A stretch of 64,000 nucleotides of DNA from Vicinamibacterales bacterium (GTDB lineage Bacteria > Acidobacteriota > Vicinamibacteria > Vicinamibacterales > UBA8438). Of the stretch, positions 18,717 to 28,128 are shown in pieces (position 1 is the first letter of the stretch; each line of letters begins with the position of its first letter). The stretch lies in contig CBDBMV010000002.1 in the NCBI GenBank assembly GCA_965207665.1, forward strand, positions 3,382,215 through 3,446,214. Direction: 5' to 3'. Below the pieces are notes generated by a model that saw only the letters and a list, made by a program, of their open reading frames with translations, did not search any database and was not told the origin of the DNA. Position numbers and translations under genes: made by a program.

Positions 18717-19676
18717 TCACCTCCCGGCGACGAGCGTCGCCGCGACGGCGGCGCCGACCGCCCCCCAGACCGCGTACATCCGCGGCGGCCTCGCGAACGT
18801 CCGCTTCAGGAAGCCGGGCCGCCGCTGCGGCATCGCCCCGCCCTCGGCCGCGAGCCCGAACCACGCCTCGCGCCCGCCAAGGCTCAGCGTGCCGTGGCGG
18901 ATCACCTGCTCGACGACCAGCAGCCCGCCGGCCTCGACGTCCGTGTGCACCGCCTCGAGCGCGTCCCCGCGGAACGCGTAGACGGCGGGAATCTCCTGGC
19001 CCTCGGTCCTCAGGTACGTGAACGTCCCGTCCGTCCACAGGTCGCGCAGCAGGAACGGGACCTCGTGCGCCTCCTCGGCGGCGAGGTAGGGCAGCCGGAC
19101 GCGGGACGCGAAGTCGCGGACGAACGCCTCCCGGCGTGCTTCCGCCGCCGCCCACAGCCGCTCGACTTCCCTCCGCCCCTCGGCGAGCATGCGCTCGCGC
19201 CGCGCGTGGTGAACGTCCATGCGATCGCGCAGGCCCGCCGCCAGCGACGCCGGCCGGTACCGCACCTCCACCGCGGCCGGATCCACCTCGCCCACCAGCG
19301 GCTCCTCCTCCCCCGCCTCGACCGTCACGACGTAGTCCGCCGCCGCGCCGGCGTCCTCCACGACGGTAAACGTGAACACCTCGCCGGAGGCGCACGAGAC
19401 CGTCACGTTCGAGACGAGGTTGGCCGCGTACGGCTTGATGGCCAGCTCGCGCCCCCGCGCGACGAGGTCCCAGTTTTCCGCGTCGCCTGCGACGGTGCGG
19501 ACGATCTCCTCGCCCGCGGGCAGGCGCACCGTCGTGACCGTCCGCACGCGCGTGAAGATCGCCACCGGCTGCGTCGGCGACGCGACGACCGTTCGGATAG
19601 GCGTCCGCTCCGCCTCCTGACCGTAACCCGGCGCCGCGAGCGCCAGCGCCGCGACGAAACATCCCACAACACGCAT
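18717..19676 (-). CDS. virB9: VirB9/TrbG/CagX-like T4SS outer-membrane core protein, copy 1
   Basis: Last 319 aa of ORF 18717..20543. Signal peptide MRVVGCFVAALALAAPGYGQ. N-domain TTVRLPAGEEIVRTVAGDAENWDLVARGRELAIKPYAANLVSNVTVSCASGEVFTFTV. C-domain LWTDGTFTYLRTEGQEIPAVYAF. Confidence 0.75.
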   Translation of the reverse strand: MRVVGCFVAALALAAPGYGQEAERTPIRTVVASPTQPVAIFTRVRTVTTVRLPAGEEIVRTVAGDAENWDLVARGRELAIKPYAANLVSNVTVSCASGEVFTFTVVEDAGAAADYVVTVEAGEEEPLVGEVDPAAVEVRYRPASLAAGLRDRMDVHHARRERMLAEGRREVERLWAAAEARREAFVRDFASRVRLPYLAAEEAHEVPFLLRDLWTDGTFTYLRTEGQEIPAVYAFRGDALEAVHTDVEAGGLLVVEQVIRHGTLSLGGREAWFGLAAEGGAMPQRRPGFLKRTFARPPRMYAVWGAVGAAVAATLVAGR

Positions 19677-19699
19677 CGCCACCTCCCGTAAAGCACCCG

Positions 19700-22168
19700 T
19701 CACGCGACCGCCTCGGCCCGCCCGCGCGCGCCGCCTACGTCCCCGTCGACCCCCGCGGCGAGGCGCATGAGCGCCCCCGGCAATCCCCAACGCTCGACCG
19801 CGGCCCCACGGCGCACGGCATCGGACGGATCCGACGTGTAGAGCCAGTACGACTCGGGATCGACCTCCAGCCGCACCACGGCGCTGTGGCCGGGCCGATG
19901 GACGTAGATCTCCCGCTTCTGCTCGAGCTCGCGCACCGTCTCCGCCTCGGCCGGGGTCAGACCCAGCACACGGGCGGCCTCGTCGGGAAACGACGGGTTG
20001 GCGAGCAGCAGCCGCGTCGGCATCGACTCGAGAAGCTCCGGCGCCGAACCGAGGATGTCGCCGGCCGACTGCGTCGCGACGATGAGGACCCCGTTCATCT
20101 TTCTCCACGTCTTCGCGGCCTCCGCGAGCTTGCCCACGACGACCGGGTCCTTGAGGTAGCGCCACGCCTCGTCGACCACGAGAATCTTGAGCCGCCCCCG
20201 CTCGGACTCGTCGTCCATCACGAGCCGCATCCGCTCGAGGAAGAACCACAGGGCGGCCTCGCACCAGTCGGCGTGCTGCGACGCGCCGGCGAGGTCCACC
20301 ACCTGCCAGCGGCCGAACTCCTTGAGGCCCGCCGGCGGGCCGTCGAACCACGGGGCCCAGGTCCCCTCGTCCACCCAGCGGCTCATCGCCGGCCACATCC
20401 GCCGCGGCAGCAGGTGCGCGAGCGCGCTGAGCGTCCGCTTCCCCCGCGCGCGGCGGAACACCTCGTCGACCCGCTTGTCGAGATCCGCGACATCGTCCGC
20501 CTCGCAGGCGTACTGCCCGATCGCCAGCAGCCGCTCCATCCACGCGACCAGGAACTGCCGGGTGCGCACGGTGGACGGCAACCCGAAGGGCTGGAGGCCC
20601 ATCCCGGCGGCCGACGACGGATCGAGTTCGTCCCCCTCGGCCAGGGCGAGATAGCGCCCGCCGACGAAGTCGGTCAGGTAGCGGTAGCTGCGGCCGAGAT
20701 CGAGCACCAGCACCTGCGGGTCGTACTTGAGCGCCTGCACGAGCAGGAAGTTGAGCAGGAAGCTCTTCCCCGACCCCGTGGCGCCGAGCACGAGCGTGTG
20801 GCCCACGTCACCGCCGCCGAACAGGTCGTAGCCGTACGGCGTGCCCCAGGGGGTCTCGAAGGTCGTGAGCGGCTCGGCGCCGAGGTGCCTGCAGCGCGCA
20901 TGGCCGCGCGGCGGGCCGACGATCGGCGCCAGCGCGGAGGCGAGCTTCGAGTTGACGAAGAAGCGCCGGGGCGGGGTGACCGCGGTCTGCCCGGGCAGGC
21001 GCCCGAACCACACCGGCGGGAGGCCGTGGGTCTCGCGCACCAGCTTGCCGTCGATGCCGCCCACGACGCGCTCGAGCGCCGTCCCGATGTCGGCGAACTC
21101 CATCTCGCTGGACGCCCGGACCGCGACCGACAGGTGCATCTCCCCGAAGCACACGTCCCCGGACTGCAGGTCCACGAGGGCCTGGCCGAGGACCTGTACC
21201 TCGGACGCCGCGCCGAAGTCCTCGAGCCCCGTCGCCTCGCCGCCCTCTCCCATCGCGGACATGAGGGAGTGACGCGCCTGGTGGTAGTGGTGCTGGGCAC
21301 TGCTGATGCGCCGCCTCGCGCCCTGCCTGTCCAAGGAGCGCCACCCCAGCACCACCGACAGGTCGGCGTTCAACCCGTAGAGGCCATCGAGGCAGTTGCC
21401 AACGACCTGGCCGGGGGCCGACGCGAGCGACCACACCCGGACGAGCTGATCGCCGACCCGCACGCCCTCCCGCGTGATCGACACGTCCGCCGACGCCAGG
21501 CGCCAGTTGAGGCCGCAGCGCATGGCGAGCCCGTCGACCCACGCGCCCTGCCCGGCGTTGCTGAGCCGGTGCAGCACCCGGACCGCCTCGGGCGCTTTGA
21601 CCGCGGCGACGCTGGTCCCGGTCGACAGCCGCGCCTCTAAGCCGGCGAGCTCGTTGCGAACGTCGCGCGCGACGTCCCCCAGGACCAACCGCAGGATCCT
21701 CGTGACATGCGGATTGCGCCGCAAGTCCCACCAGTTGCGTAGGTAGTCGAGGAGCCACCGCCGGCCGCCATCCGCCGCCGCGACGCGCCGCGCGAGCCCC
21801 CGATCGAACTCCCACACGAGGTACGCCGAGTACTCTCGGACACGCTCTGCGACCCACGCGCCGCGCTTGCTGGCCGCCATCCGGCCGAGATCCCCGGCCT
21901 CCCCCGCCGCCACCGACGGCGCCCGCCAGCGGTCCACCACCCACCAGAGCCGGACGTCGGGTCCCAGGGCCATGAGGACGCGGGACCACGCCGACACCAA
22001 CCGATCGACGTCCGCCCCCGACAGCCCGTCCGCGGCGAGCGGCACGAGCCTCGAAAACCCGAGCAGCCGGCCCGCCCGGGTGATGCAGAGCCGCTCGTCC
22101 ACGAAGCCCCACCACGGGAGCTGGTTCGAGAGCGAGCGGCCGACCGTCTTCGATACGCGCGCCATCAC
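19700..22168 (-). CDS. virB4: VirB4/TrbE family T4SS ATPase
   Basis: 822 aa. Walker A LVLGATGSGKSFLLNFL, Walker B LKILVVDEAWRYL, VLIVATQS. GTG 22168 or ATG 22165 overlaps the virB3 stop. Confidence 0.95.
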   Translation of the reverse strand: MMARVSKTVGRSLSNQLPWWGFVDERLCITRAGRLLGFSRLVPLAADGLSGADVDRLVSAWSRVLMALGPDVRLWWVVDRWRAPSVAAGEAGDLGRMAASKRGAWVAERVREYSAYLVWEFDRGLARRVAAADGGRRWLLDYLRNWWDLRRNPHVTRILRLVLGDVARDVRNELAGLEARLSTGTSVAAVKAPEAVRVLHRLSNAGQGAWVDGLAMRCGLNWRLASADVSITREGVRVGDQLVRVWSLASAPGQVVGNCLDGLYGLNADLSVVLGWRSLDRQGARRRISSAQHHYHQARHSLMSAMGEGGEATGLEDFGAASEVQVLGQALVDLQSGDVCFGEMHLSVAVRASSEMEFADIGTALERVVGGIDGKLVRETHGLPPVWFGRLPGQTAVTPPRRFFVNSKLASALAPIVGPPRGHARCRHLGAEPLTTFETPWGTPYGYDLFGGGDVGHTLVLGATGSGKSFLLNFLLVQALKYDPQVLVLDLGRSYRYLTDFVGGRYLALAEGDELDPSSAAGMGLQPFGLPSTVRTRQFLVAWMERLLAIGQYACEADDVADLDKRVDEVFRRARGKRTLSALAHLLPRRMWPAMSRWVDEGTWAPWFDGPPAGLKEFGRWQVVDLAGASQHADWCEAALWFFLERMRLVMDDESERGRLKILVVDEAWRYLKDPVVVGKLAEAAKTWRKMNGVLIVATQSAGDILGSAPELLESMPTRLLLANPSFPDEAARVLGLTPAEAETVRELEQKREIYVHRPGHSAVVRLEVDPESYWLYTSDPSDAVRRGAAVERWGLPGALMRLAAGVDGDVGGARGRAEAVA

Positions 22169-22506
22169 CCGCCACTCCCGGCAGGATCGCCGGCATCCCC
22201 GCCCTCGATGAGCACCACCCAGGGCAGCGACCCGTAGTCGGCGGCGTCGTACCAGCCGCCGGGATTCCGCAGGGTCTCCCGGATCACGGCCACGAACCGG
22301 TCGTCGTACGCGGTCGTCGCGCGGCCCGCCAGCCAGAAAAGCGCGAACCCCACGGCCGCGAGCAGAAGACCGTCCATGGCGATGAACAGGACCAGGGCGA
22401 AGACCAGGCCGAGGAAGAACAAGCTGCGCTCCACGCCGAGAATCTTGAGCGGATCGTTGAGCGCGCCGTACTCGTTGCAGATCCCCTCTCCACGAACCGT
22501 TCGCAT
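22165..22506 (-). CDS. VirB3/TrbD-like small T4SS membrane protein
   Basis: ATG 22506 within ORF 22165..22647. PLKILGVERSLFFLGLVFALVLFIAMDGLLLAAVGFALFWLAG. Immediately precedes and overlaps virB4. Confidence 0.7.
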   Translation of the reverse strand: MRTVRGEGICNEYGALNDPLKILGVERSLFFLGLVFALVLFIAMDGLLLAAVGFALFWLAGRATTAYDDRFVAVIRETLRNPGGWYDAADYGSLPWVVLIEGGDAGDPAGSGG

Positions 22507-22525
22507 GACGACCTCCCGCAGCGGA

Positions 22526-22876
22526 TCAGCAGGCGATGGCAGTCCCGCCAAAGAAGAAGACGAGAAACTGCGGCGCCAGCAGAACCATGCCGACGCCGAA
22601 TACCAGCCCCGCGATGGCGGACTTGGATCCGCCTTCGCCGAACGCATACGTCAGCCCCCCGACGATGACCGCGACCACGGCGAGCCCGCGGCCGACGATG
22701 CCCGTGAACAGCTGGCAGAGCTGGCTGGCGGCCATCGACCACGGATCGTCGGCCGCCCCGAGCCCCTGCTCCGCGAGCGCGAGCAACAGGCAGACGAAGA
22801 GTGCCCGGAGCACGAGCCCGCCGCGGCGCGACCACCAGCCCGCCACGCGGCGGAACACCCTACCTGCGAACGACAT
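22526..22876 (-). CDS. VirB2/TrbC-like pilin precursor
   Basis: AGGAGG upstream of ATG 22876. 116 aa with a long leader plus two hydrophobic segments (GLAVVAVIVGGLTYAF; IAGLVFGVGMVLLAPQFLVFFF). Position is upstream of virB3. Confidence 0.6.
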   Translation of the reverse strand: MSFAGRVFRRVAGWWSRRGGLVLRALFVCLLLALAEQGLGAADDPWSMAASQLCQLFTGIVGRGLAVVAVIVGGLTYAFGEGGSKSAIAGLVFGVGMVLLAPQFLVFFFGGTAIAC

Positions 22877-22893
22877 CGCTTCCTCCTTCCGGC

Positions 22894-23214
22894 TCAGCCG
22901 GGGTATTGGCCGGTCTCCTCCCGGTCGAGAGCGTCACGCAGCTCGGGATCGCCCCCCTGGCCGCGCCGCATCGCGCGCTCGAGCAGACCGACGCGCTGGC
23001 CCACCTCCCCAAGGACGAGCACCCGGGCCAACTGGTAGGTGCCGGCAGCGACCGCGGTCAGCCACGCCAACGCCATCAACGAGAGGCGCACGGCGTGGTC
23101 GGCCCACAAGACCATCCAGAACTCCGCGAGGTAGTCGAACTCGGCCATCACAACCGCGCACGTAAGCGCCATCGCCACCAGGGTCATGCCCACGCAGAAC
23201 CGGCCCGGATCCAT
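22894..23214 (-). CDS. Small membrane protein, unknown function
   Basis: 106 aa with hydrophobic spans VGMTLVAMALTCAVVMA and LMALAWLTAVAAGTY. Lies between the replication-relaxation-like gene and the pilin gene. Confidence 0.45.
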   Translation of the reverse strand: MDPGRFCVGMTLVAMALTCAVVMAEFDYLAEFWMVLWADHAVRLSLMALAWLTAVAAGTYQLARVLVLGEVGQRVGLLERAMRRGQGGDPELRDALDREETGQYPG

Positions 23215-23223
23215 CCAGCCCCG

Positions 23224-24222
23224 TCACCTCATCACGTCGAACAGCCGCTCCTCGAGCTCCGTGCCCGGCCGCCACACCCGGCGCACGCGGCCGCCGAAGT
23301 TGCCCGACAGGATCGAGCGCGCGAGCCCGGCGAGCTTCCCGCCGTGGGAGGCGAGGACCATCCCCATCTGCATCTTGCGCCGCACCTGCCGGCGGGAATA
23401 GCTGCCGGTCACGAGCTCGAGGGCCAGACTCGACACCTCGCCGTCCGCGTCGCGCACCTCCACAAGGGCATCGGGGAAACAGCACCCGCCCGCCTCGTCG
23501 ACCGGCACGGCGAGCGCGCGCGCCGCGCGGCTCCGGGCCGCCGCCGGATCCAGGCCGCGCCCGTCCGCGACCGACACCGACCGCGCCACCTCCGCCTTGA
23601 GCTCCGCCTCGAGACGAACGGAGACGACGGTCCCGCCCAGCGACTTCACGCGATCGACGGTGTCGAGGACCAGCTCCGTTACGCCCGCGTCATGCTCCAG
23701 CTCGCGCCGCTTGACCATGCCCTGCCAGACCCGCCGGTCGCACCCCCGGGCGCGCCGGCGCTCGCGGACGCGCGCCGCGCCCGTTGCCGTGAGGGCCAGC
23801 ACCTTGAAGCCGTGGCCGCTGGAGCCTCGGCCCGCGCGCCGGGGCTGCACGGTGTGGACTTCGACGAGCCCCTCGGACTGCAGGTGGCGGACGGCCTGGC
23901 CCGACGTGAACCCGTGGCCATCGAAACATTCGCGCTGGATGTCGCGGTAGGACACGACCCGGAAATCCCCGAGCAGCTCCAACGCGTCGCACATGCGATC
24001 GGCCTGCGACCGACGCGAGAGCTGCCGGCGGTCCCGGTCCCTCCGGCCCGAGTGCGCGCGCTCCCTCCGTCCACCGAGCTCCGCGACGTCCAGAAACCGG
24101 CCGACCCAGCGCGCCGGGCCGCGCCGGTCCGGCCCGTCCGCCGGCGCGAGCTCGACCACGCGGCGACCCAGGCGATCCGCCGACCGCGCCAGCGCGGGAG
24201 CCCTGTCTACGTCCATGTCCAT
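23224..24222 (-). CDS. Replication-relaxation family-like protein (wHTH + PD-(D/E)xK-like core)
   Basis: ATG 24222 overlaps the upstream TGA (TGATG). MCDALELLGDFRVVSYRDIQRECF..AVRHLQSEGLVEV, KVLALTATGAARV, ELEHDAGVTELVL, CFPDALVEVRDADGEVSSLALELVTGSYS. Confidence 0.65.
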   Translation of the reverse strand: MDMDVDRAPALARSADRLGRRVVELAPADGPDRRGPARWVGRFLDVAELGGRRERAHSGRRDRDRRQLSRRSQADRMCDALELLGDFRVVSYRDIQRECFDGHGFTSGQAVRHLQSEGLVEVHTVQPRRAGRGSSGHGFKVLALTATGAARVRERRRARGCDRRVWQGMVKRRELEHDAGVTELVLDTVDRVKSLGGTVVSVRLEAELKAEVARSVSVADGRGLDPAAARSRAARALAVPVDEAGGCCFPDALVEVRDADGEVSSLALELVTGSYSRRQVRRKMQMGMVLASHGGKLAGLARSILSGNFGGRVRRVWRPGTELEERLFDVMR

Positions 24223-25091
24223 CACCGGGACCGCTCCTGCCACCGCCCGCAAGCCGGCCACCTCCGCCACCCCCCGGTGCCGCCGACCCAATCGGCACGA
24301 ACCGCCTCCACGGCGGCCACGCCGCCGAGCACCGCCTGATCGAGCCGATCGGCGGCCGCCGACAACGCCAGGCCGCCGCCGTGGTCCGCGAGAACCTCGG
24401 TACCGTCAGGCAACCGCCCGGGAACGGGGCCTGCGGCTACGGGCGCCGAACCGCCAGCGCCAGGCTCCCGCGCGCTGCGAACCCCGTCACCGTTTGCCGG
24501 GGGCTCCCCCTCGGGCGACATCGGCTCCCGCCCCGCCGCGCCGCCGTCGCTCCCCGCCGCATCCGGAGTCTCGATCCCCGCCTCCCTCTCTCCCGCCCCC
24601 GAGGACATCGCCACCGGCCCGGCATCGGCGAGCCGCTCGCTGAACAGGCGGCTCGTGACCGGGTCCACCGCGGGGGGCGATTCCGCGGGCGCATCGGCGC
24701 GCCACCGCGCCCGGAGGACCACCCACTCACGCCTTACCCGGCGGTACTCCAGCGGGAACCAGCGCCCCCACAGCGCATAGAACGCCTCCAGCGCCACGCA
24801 CACCGCCCCGGAGGTCCCGGCCGGGACCACGCGGGCGACGAGCGCGGGATCGAGCCGCCGCTCCATCGCGGCCCGCAGCCAGCCCTCCGCGCCCACCTGC
24901 CGGAAGTCGGCCCGCACTAGGTCGGCCTCCCGCTCGCCGCCCTCGGCGGCCCGCATGAGCGTCTCGAGCGGCAACACGTGCACTACTCCTCCGCCGCCGG
25001 CCGCAGCGCGCGGCGCCGGCCCGAATCCGCCACCGACAGCCGGACTGCGCGGAAGCGAGACGCGCCCGCTGGCGGGCAGGAAAACAAACAA
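24222..25091 (-). CDS. Hypothetical protein
   Basis: The frame fills the gap between neighbours. The listed start is TTG (revcomp of caa at 25089-25091). ATG 24956 (MRAAEGGERE) is an alternative. Low-complexity acidic/Gly middle. Confidence 0.4.
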   Translation of the reverse strand: MFVFLPASGRVSLPRSPAVGGGFGPAPRAAAGGGGVVHVLPLETLMRAAEGGEREADLVRADFRQVGAEGWLRAAMERRLDPALVARVVPAGTSGAVCVALEAFYALWGRWFPLEYRRVRREWVVLRARWRADAPAESPPAVDPVTSRLFSERLADAGPVAMSSGAGEREAGIETPDAAGSDGGAAGREPMSPEGEPPANGDGVRSAREPGAGGSAPVAAGPVPGRLPDGTEVLADHGGGLALSAAADRLDQAVLGGVAAVEAVRADWVGGTGGWRRWPACGRWQERSR

Positions 25092-25092
25092 A

Positions 25093-26511
25093 TCACCACG
25101 TCAACTCCTGCTGGACTGCCGGCGAGAGCCGCCCCACGTCACGAGCCTCCGGCAGCGCCGCCGCCAGTTCCGGATCCGCCGAGCGCTCGCGGTCGCGGGC
25201 CGGGTCCAGCAGCCACGCCCCGAGGTTTGACGCGTCGGCGCAGACGCTCCTGAGGCCCTCGGCCCGGACCACCGCTGCCTGATGCGAGTCGATCTCCTCG
25301 CTCGAGGCGGGCGGCACGTACGGCACGCCCGCCGCCTCGACCACCCACCGCGCCGTCAGCGCCCCGACGAGCGCCGCGCGGGCCGCGGCCTCCTCCCGCC
25401 CCAGCGGCACGCGGCGGTCAAGCCCCGGCAGCTCGCCGGCGACCGTCTCGACCAAACGCAGGCCGGCGGCGGGGTCGAGGGCGCCGACGGCGTCGGCCGC
25501 CCGGCGCTCCTCGGGTGAGCCGACTGCCCGGCACAGGCCGACCAGCGCCGCCTGCTGGAACGCCTCCCATTGCCGGGGGCCGTGGCTCTTGAACAACCGC
25601 GGCGCCTTCGGCCGCAACGAGCGCCGCCCGGCGTCGAACGACGGCTCGCCCGCCGGATGCTCCCAGTCCACGCGAACGCCCTCCCGTCGGGCGAGGCCGT
25701 CCGTTGCGCGCGCGTAGAGCGACGCGAGGGCCGCGGCGCGCACCCTGCCGGCGTCCTCGGTCCCTGCCTCGGCCGCGACGCCCGATCTGGCGCGCCGCGC
25801 CCGGGCGTTGTGCTGGCGCAACGCGTCGCCACTGAAGCGCCCGACGCGCACCGCGTCGTGGAGCGACGAGTCATCGGACACCGCCGCGGCCAGAGACGCC
25901 ACAACGGACGAGACCCAGGCGCCGGAAGAAGCCAGCGCCGCCTGGCCCGGATGGCACACGACGAGGCCCTCCCCGTCGCGACCCCACTCGACCTGGTCGC
26001 CCGGCTCCAGGCGGGCGCCCGCGCCCGCCAGCACCTGCCGGACCACATCGCGGGCCGCGATCTCGCGGTCCCGCCCCCCCAGCACACGGGGATCGGGGAA
26101 CGGCGCCAGGGTTGTCTGGGTCTGGGAATGGAGCACGCGGTAGGCGCCAGGGCGCAGGGCGACGGCCGGCGAGCCGGCGATCCCGACCGCGATCCCGCGC
26201 CGGTCGCCGCTCTCGAGAAGGAAGCGCTCCTCGTACGGCGCGGCGGCCGGCCGCACCTCCCCGCCGAGCTTCCCGCACTGGTGCTCGGTGACGAACTCTC
26301 CCGAGCCGGCCGGCAGTCCGCGCTCTACGAGCTGTGCGTGCAATACCACGGCGTTGTAGGGCCGGTACGCCCGGACCGTGTCCCGGCTGCCCGCACGCGA
26401 CGCGGAGCGCGCACGAAGCGCCTCCCCGCGGGACTGGTGATACGACACGCCCGCCTCCACATCCAACGCGACGCGATCGAGAAGCCCCCGGAGCTCTATG
26501 TCCATCCTCAC
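25093..26511 (-). CDS. ArdC-N-like (ssDNA-binding antirestriction family) protein
   Basis: RAYRPYNAVVLHAQLVERGLPAGSGEFVTEHQCGKLGGEVRP matches the ArdC N-domain pattern Y.G.N..L......G....W.T..Q....GG.V.KGE. C-terminal ALVGALTARWVVEAAGVPYVPP module. GTG 26511 or ATG 26505. Confidence 0.5.
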   Translation of the reverse strand: MRMDIELRGLLDRVALDVEAGVSYHQSRGEALRARSASRAGSRDTVRAYRPYNAVVLHAQLVERGLPAGSGEFVTEHQCGKLGGEVRPAAAPYEERFLLESGDRRGIAVGIAGSPAVALRPGAYRVLHSQTQTTLAPFPDPRVLGGRDREIAARDVVRQVLAGAGARLEPGDQVEWGRDGEGLVVCHPGQAALASSGAWVSSVVASLAAAVSDDSSLHDAVRVGRFSGDALRQHNARARRARSGVAAEAGTEDAGRVRAAALASLYARATDGLARREGVRVDWEHPAGEPSFDAGRRSLRPKAPRLFKSHGPRQWEAFQQAALVGLCRAVGSPEERRAADAVGALDPAAGLRLVETVAGELPGLDRRVPLGREEAAARAALVGALTARWVVEAAGVPYVPPASSEEIDSHQAAVVRAEGLRSVCADASNLGAWLLDPARDRERSADPELAAALPEARDVGRLSPAVQQELTW

Positions 26512-26574
26512 GGGCGGCAGCGGGGCCGAAGCGCCGCGGAAACCGGCCCCAAATCCCGTTTAACGAGCGGCCCG

Positions 26575-28128
26575 CTACCGGGCCGGCTCCACCACCTTGT
26601 CTCCGCCGCCGGCCGGAACAGCGGCATCCGGCCCCGCCTGCGGGGCGCCAGGCGCGGCCCGCTCGGGCCCCTGGCGCTCCTGAGCCTTGGCGCCGCGGGC
26701 GCGCACCGGCGCCTCGAAGGTCGACGCGGCCGAGTGCTCGAGCATCTCCGGCGTCCGCTCCTGCGCCCAGTCCCGCGAGACCAGGTGCGCCCGCACCGAC
26801 GCCGCCTCCCGCCACGCCTGGTCCAGCGCGCCGGGCGTCCGGGCGTACGCCGCCTGCTCCTTCCGCGCCTGCTCGCTCGGCGGCACCGGGGCGTACTCGA
26901 TGCCCAACCGCTCGAGGGTCGTGCGCGCGGCGAGATCGCCGACCATCGATGTCCGCGCCTTTTCCTGCGCGGCGCTCAGGCCGTCCGGCGCCGGGTTGAC
27001 GCCCGGCACCTGCACGCCAGCGAGCCGCGCCACCTCGAGCGCGCGGCCGCCCTCGGCCGCTTCACGCTCGGCCGGCGTCCCGACGGCGGCCGCCAGGTCC
27101 ACCAGCATCCTTTCGTTGAACCGCCAATCCCGCGTGTCGGGGCCGCCCGGCTCGCGGGCGGGCTTCCGCGCCGGATGAAACGTGCGCGTCTGGGCGTCGA
27201 AGTGCGCCTCGTCCCGCGGTTGATCGGTCGCCAGGTACACGTTCTCCCTGGCGGCGATGGCCTTGACGCCCCGGTTCGCCACCCGCGCCGCCGCCTCGGC
27301 CTGCACCTCCGCGTAGCGCGCGCCGCCGGCCGGAATCTGCATGCGCGTGGTGCGCCGCGCTGAAGCGACCGCACGGCGCCCCAACTCCTCGTCCTGAACA
27401 TGCTGGCTGAGCTCGGGCGAACGCGCGGCCGCCGTCGACACGGCGCGCATCACCGACGTCGCGTACTCCGCCATGTTTCCGAAGCGCTCCCGCGACGGAT
27501 GTACGACCTGCGGACCGCTGGAACCCATCGTGATCGAGATCCGCTCCCCCCCATGCGTCTTGAGCTGCACGCCGGACCGCTGCACCATCTCCTCGACGGC
27601 GGTCCCGATGACGGCGCGCTCGTCAGCGCTGCGCCCATCCATGAGCCGCTTGGGGATCGGACGTAGGCTCGTCTGGGAAGCCACGTGCAGGAGGTCGTAG
27701 GAGGACGACGGCCGGACGACCACGTCGGGCACCACCCCGGGCTCGGTGGTCAGGCCGAGCGAACCGGCCCTGACCGCCACCAGCGGCGCGTCCATGCGCT
27801 TCTCCTCGAGCTTCCGGTGGCCCATAGCGCTCAGTTCCTGCGGGTGCACCAGCTCCGCGCCGTCCATGCCCCGTGCCAGCATCTGCGAGTGGAGGATGGT
27901 CGCGACCCTCGGACCGAAGGCGTTTCCGTCGTTGTTCCACAGCGGACCTTCGCTTACGGGCGCCTTCGAGCTGCGGGTCCTGATCGGACCGCTATCGAGG
28001 GACGCGACTTGGTGATACGACTGCCCTGCCGCGATGTCGTCGGGAATCTGCTTCACCGCATCCGCGAGTCGCGCATCCGACCTCGCTGCCCGCTGCTCGC
28101 GGAATTGCTGGCTGCTGCCTACCGCCAT
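26575..28128 (-). CDS. Paralog of the ArdC-N-like protein (weaker match)
   Basis: GGAAGGAG before ATG 28128. Same layout as 25093..26511: AGQSYHQV.., VATILHSQMLARGMDGAELVHPQEL, C-terminal SMVGDLAARTTLERLGIEYAPVPP. Confidence 0.4.
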   Translation of the reverse strand: MAVGSSQQFREQRAARSDARLADAVKQIPDDIAAGQSYHQVASLDSGPIRTRSSKAPVSEGPLWNNDGNAFGPRVATILHSQMLARGMDGAELVHPQELSAMGHRKLEEKRMDAPLVAVRAGSLGLTTEPGVVPDVVVRPSSSYDLLHVASQTSLRPIPKRLMDGRSADERAVIGTAVEEMVQRSGVQLKTHGGERISITMGSSGPQVVHPSRERFGNMAEYATSVMRAVSTAAARSPELSQHVQDEELGRRAVASARRTTRMQIPAGGARYAEVQAEAAARVANRGVKAIAARENVYLATDQPRDEAHFDAQTRTFHPARKPAREPGGPDTRDWRFNERMLVDLAAAVGTPAEREAAEGGRALEVARLAGVQVPGVNPAPDGLSAAQEKARTSMVGDLAARTTLERLGIEYAPVPPSEQARKEQAAYARTPGALDQAWREAASVRAHLVSRDWAQERTPEMLEHSAASTFEAPVRARGAKAQERQGPERAAPGAPQAGPDAAVPAGGGDKVVEPAR

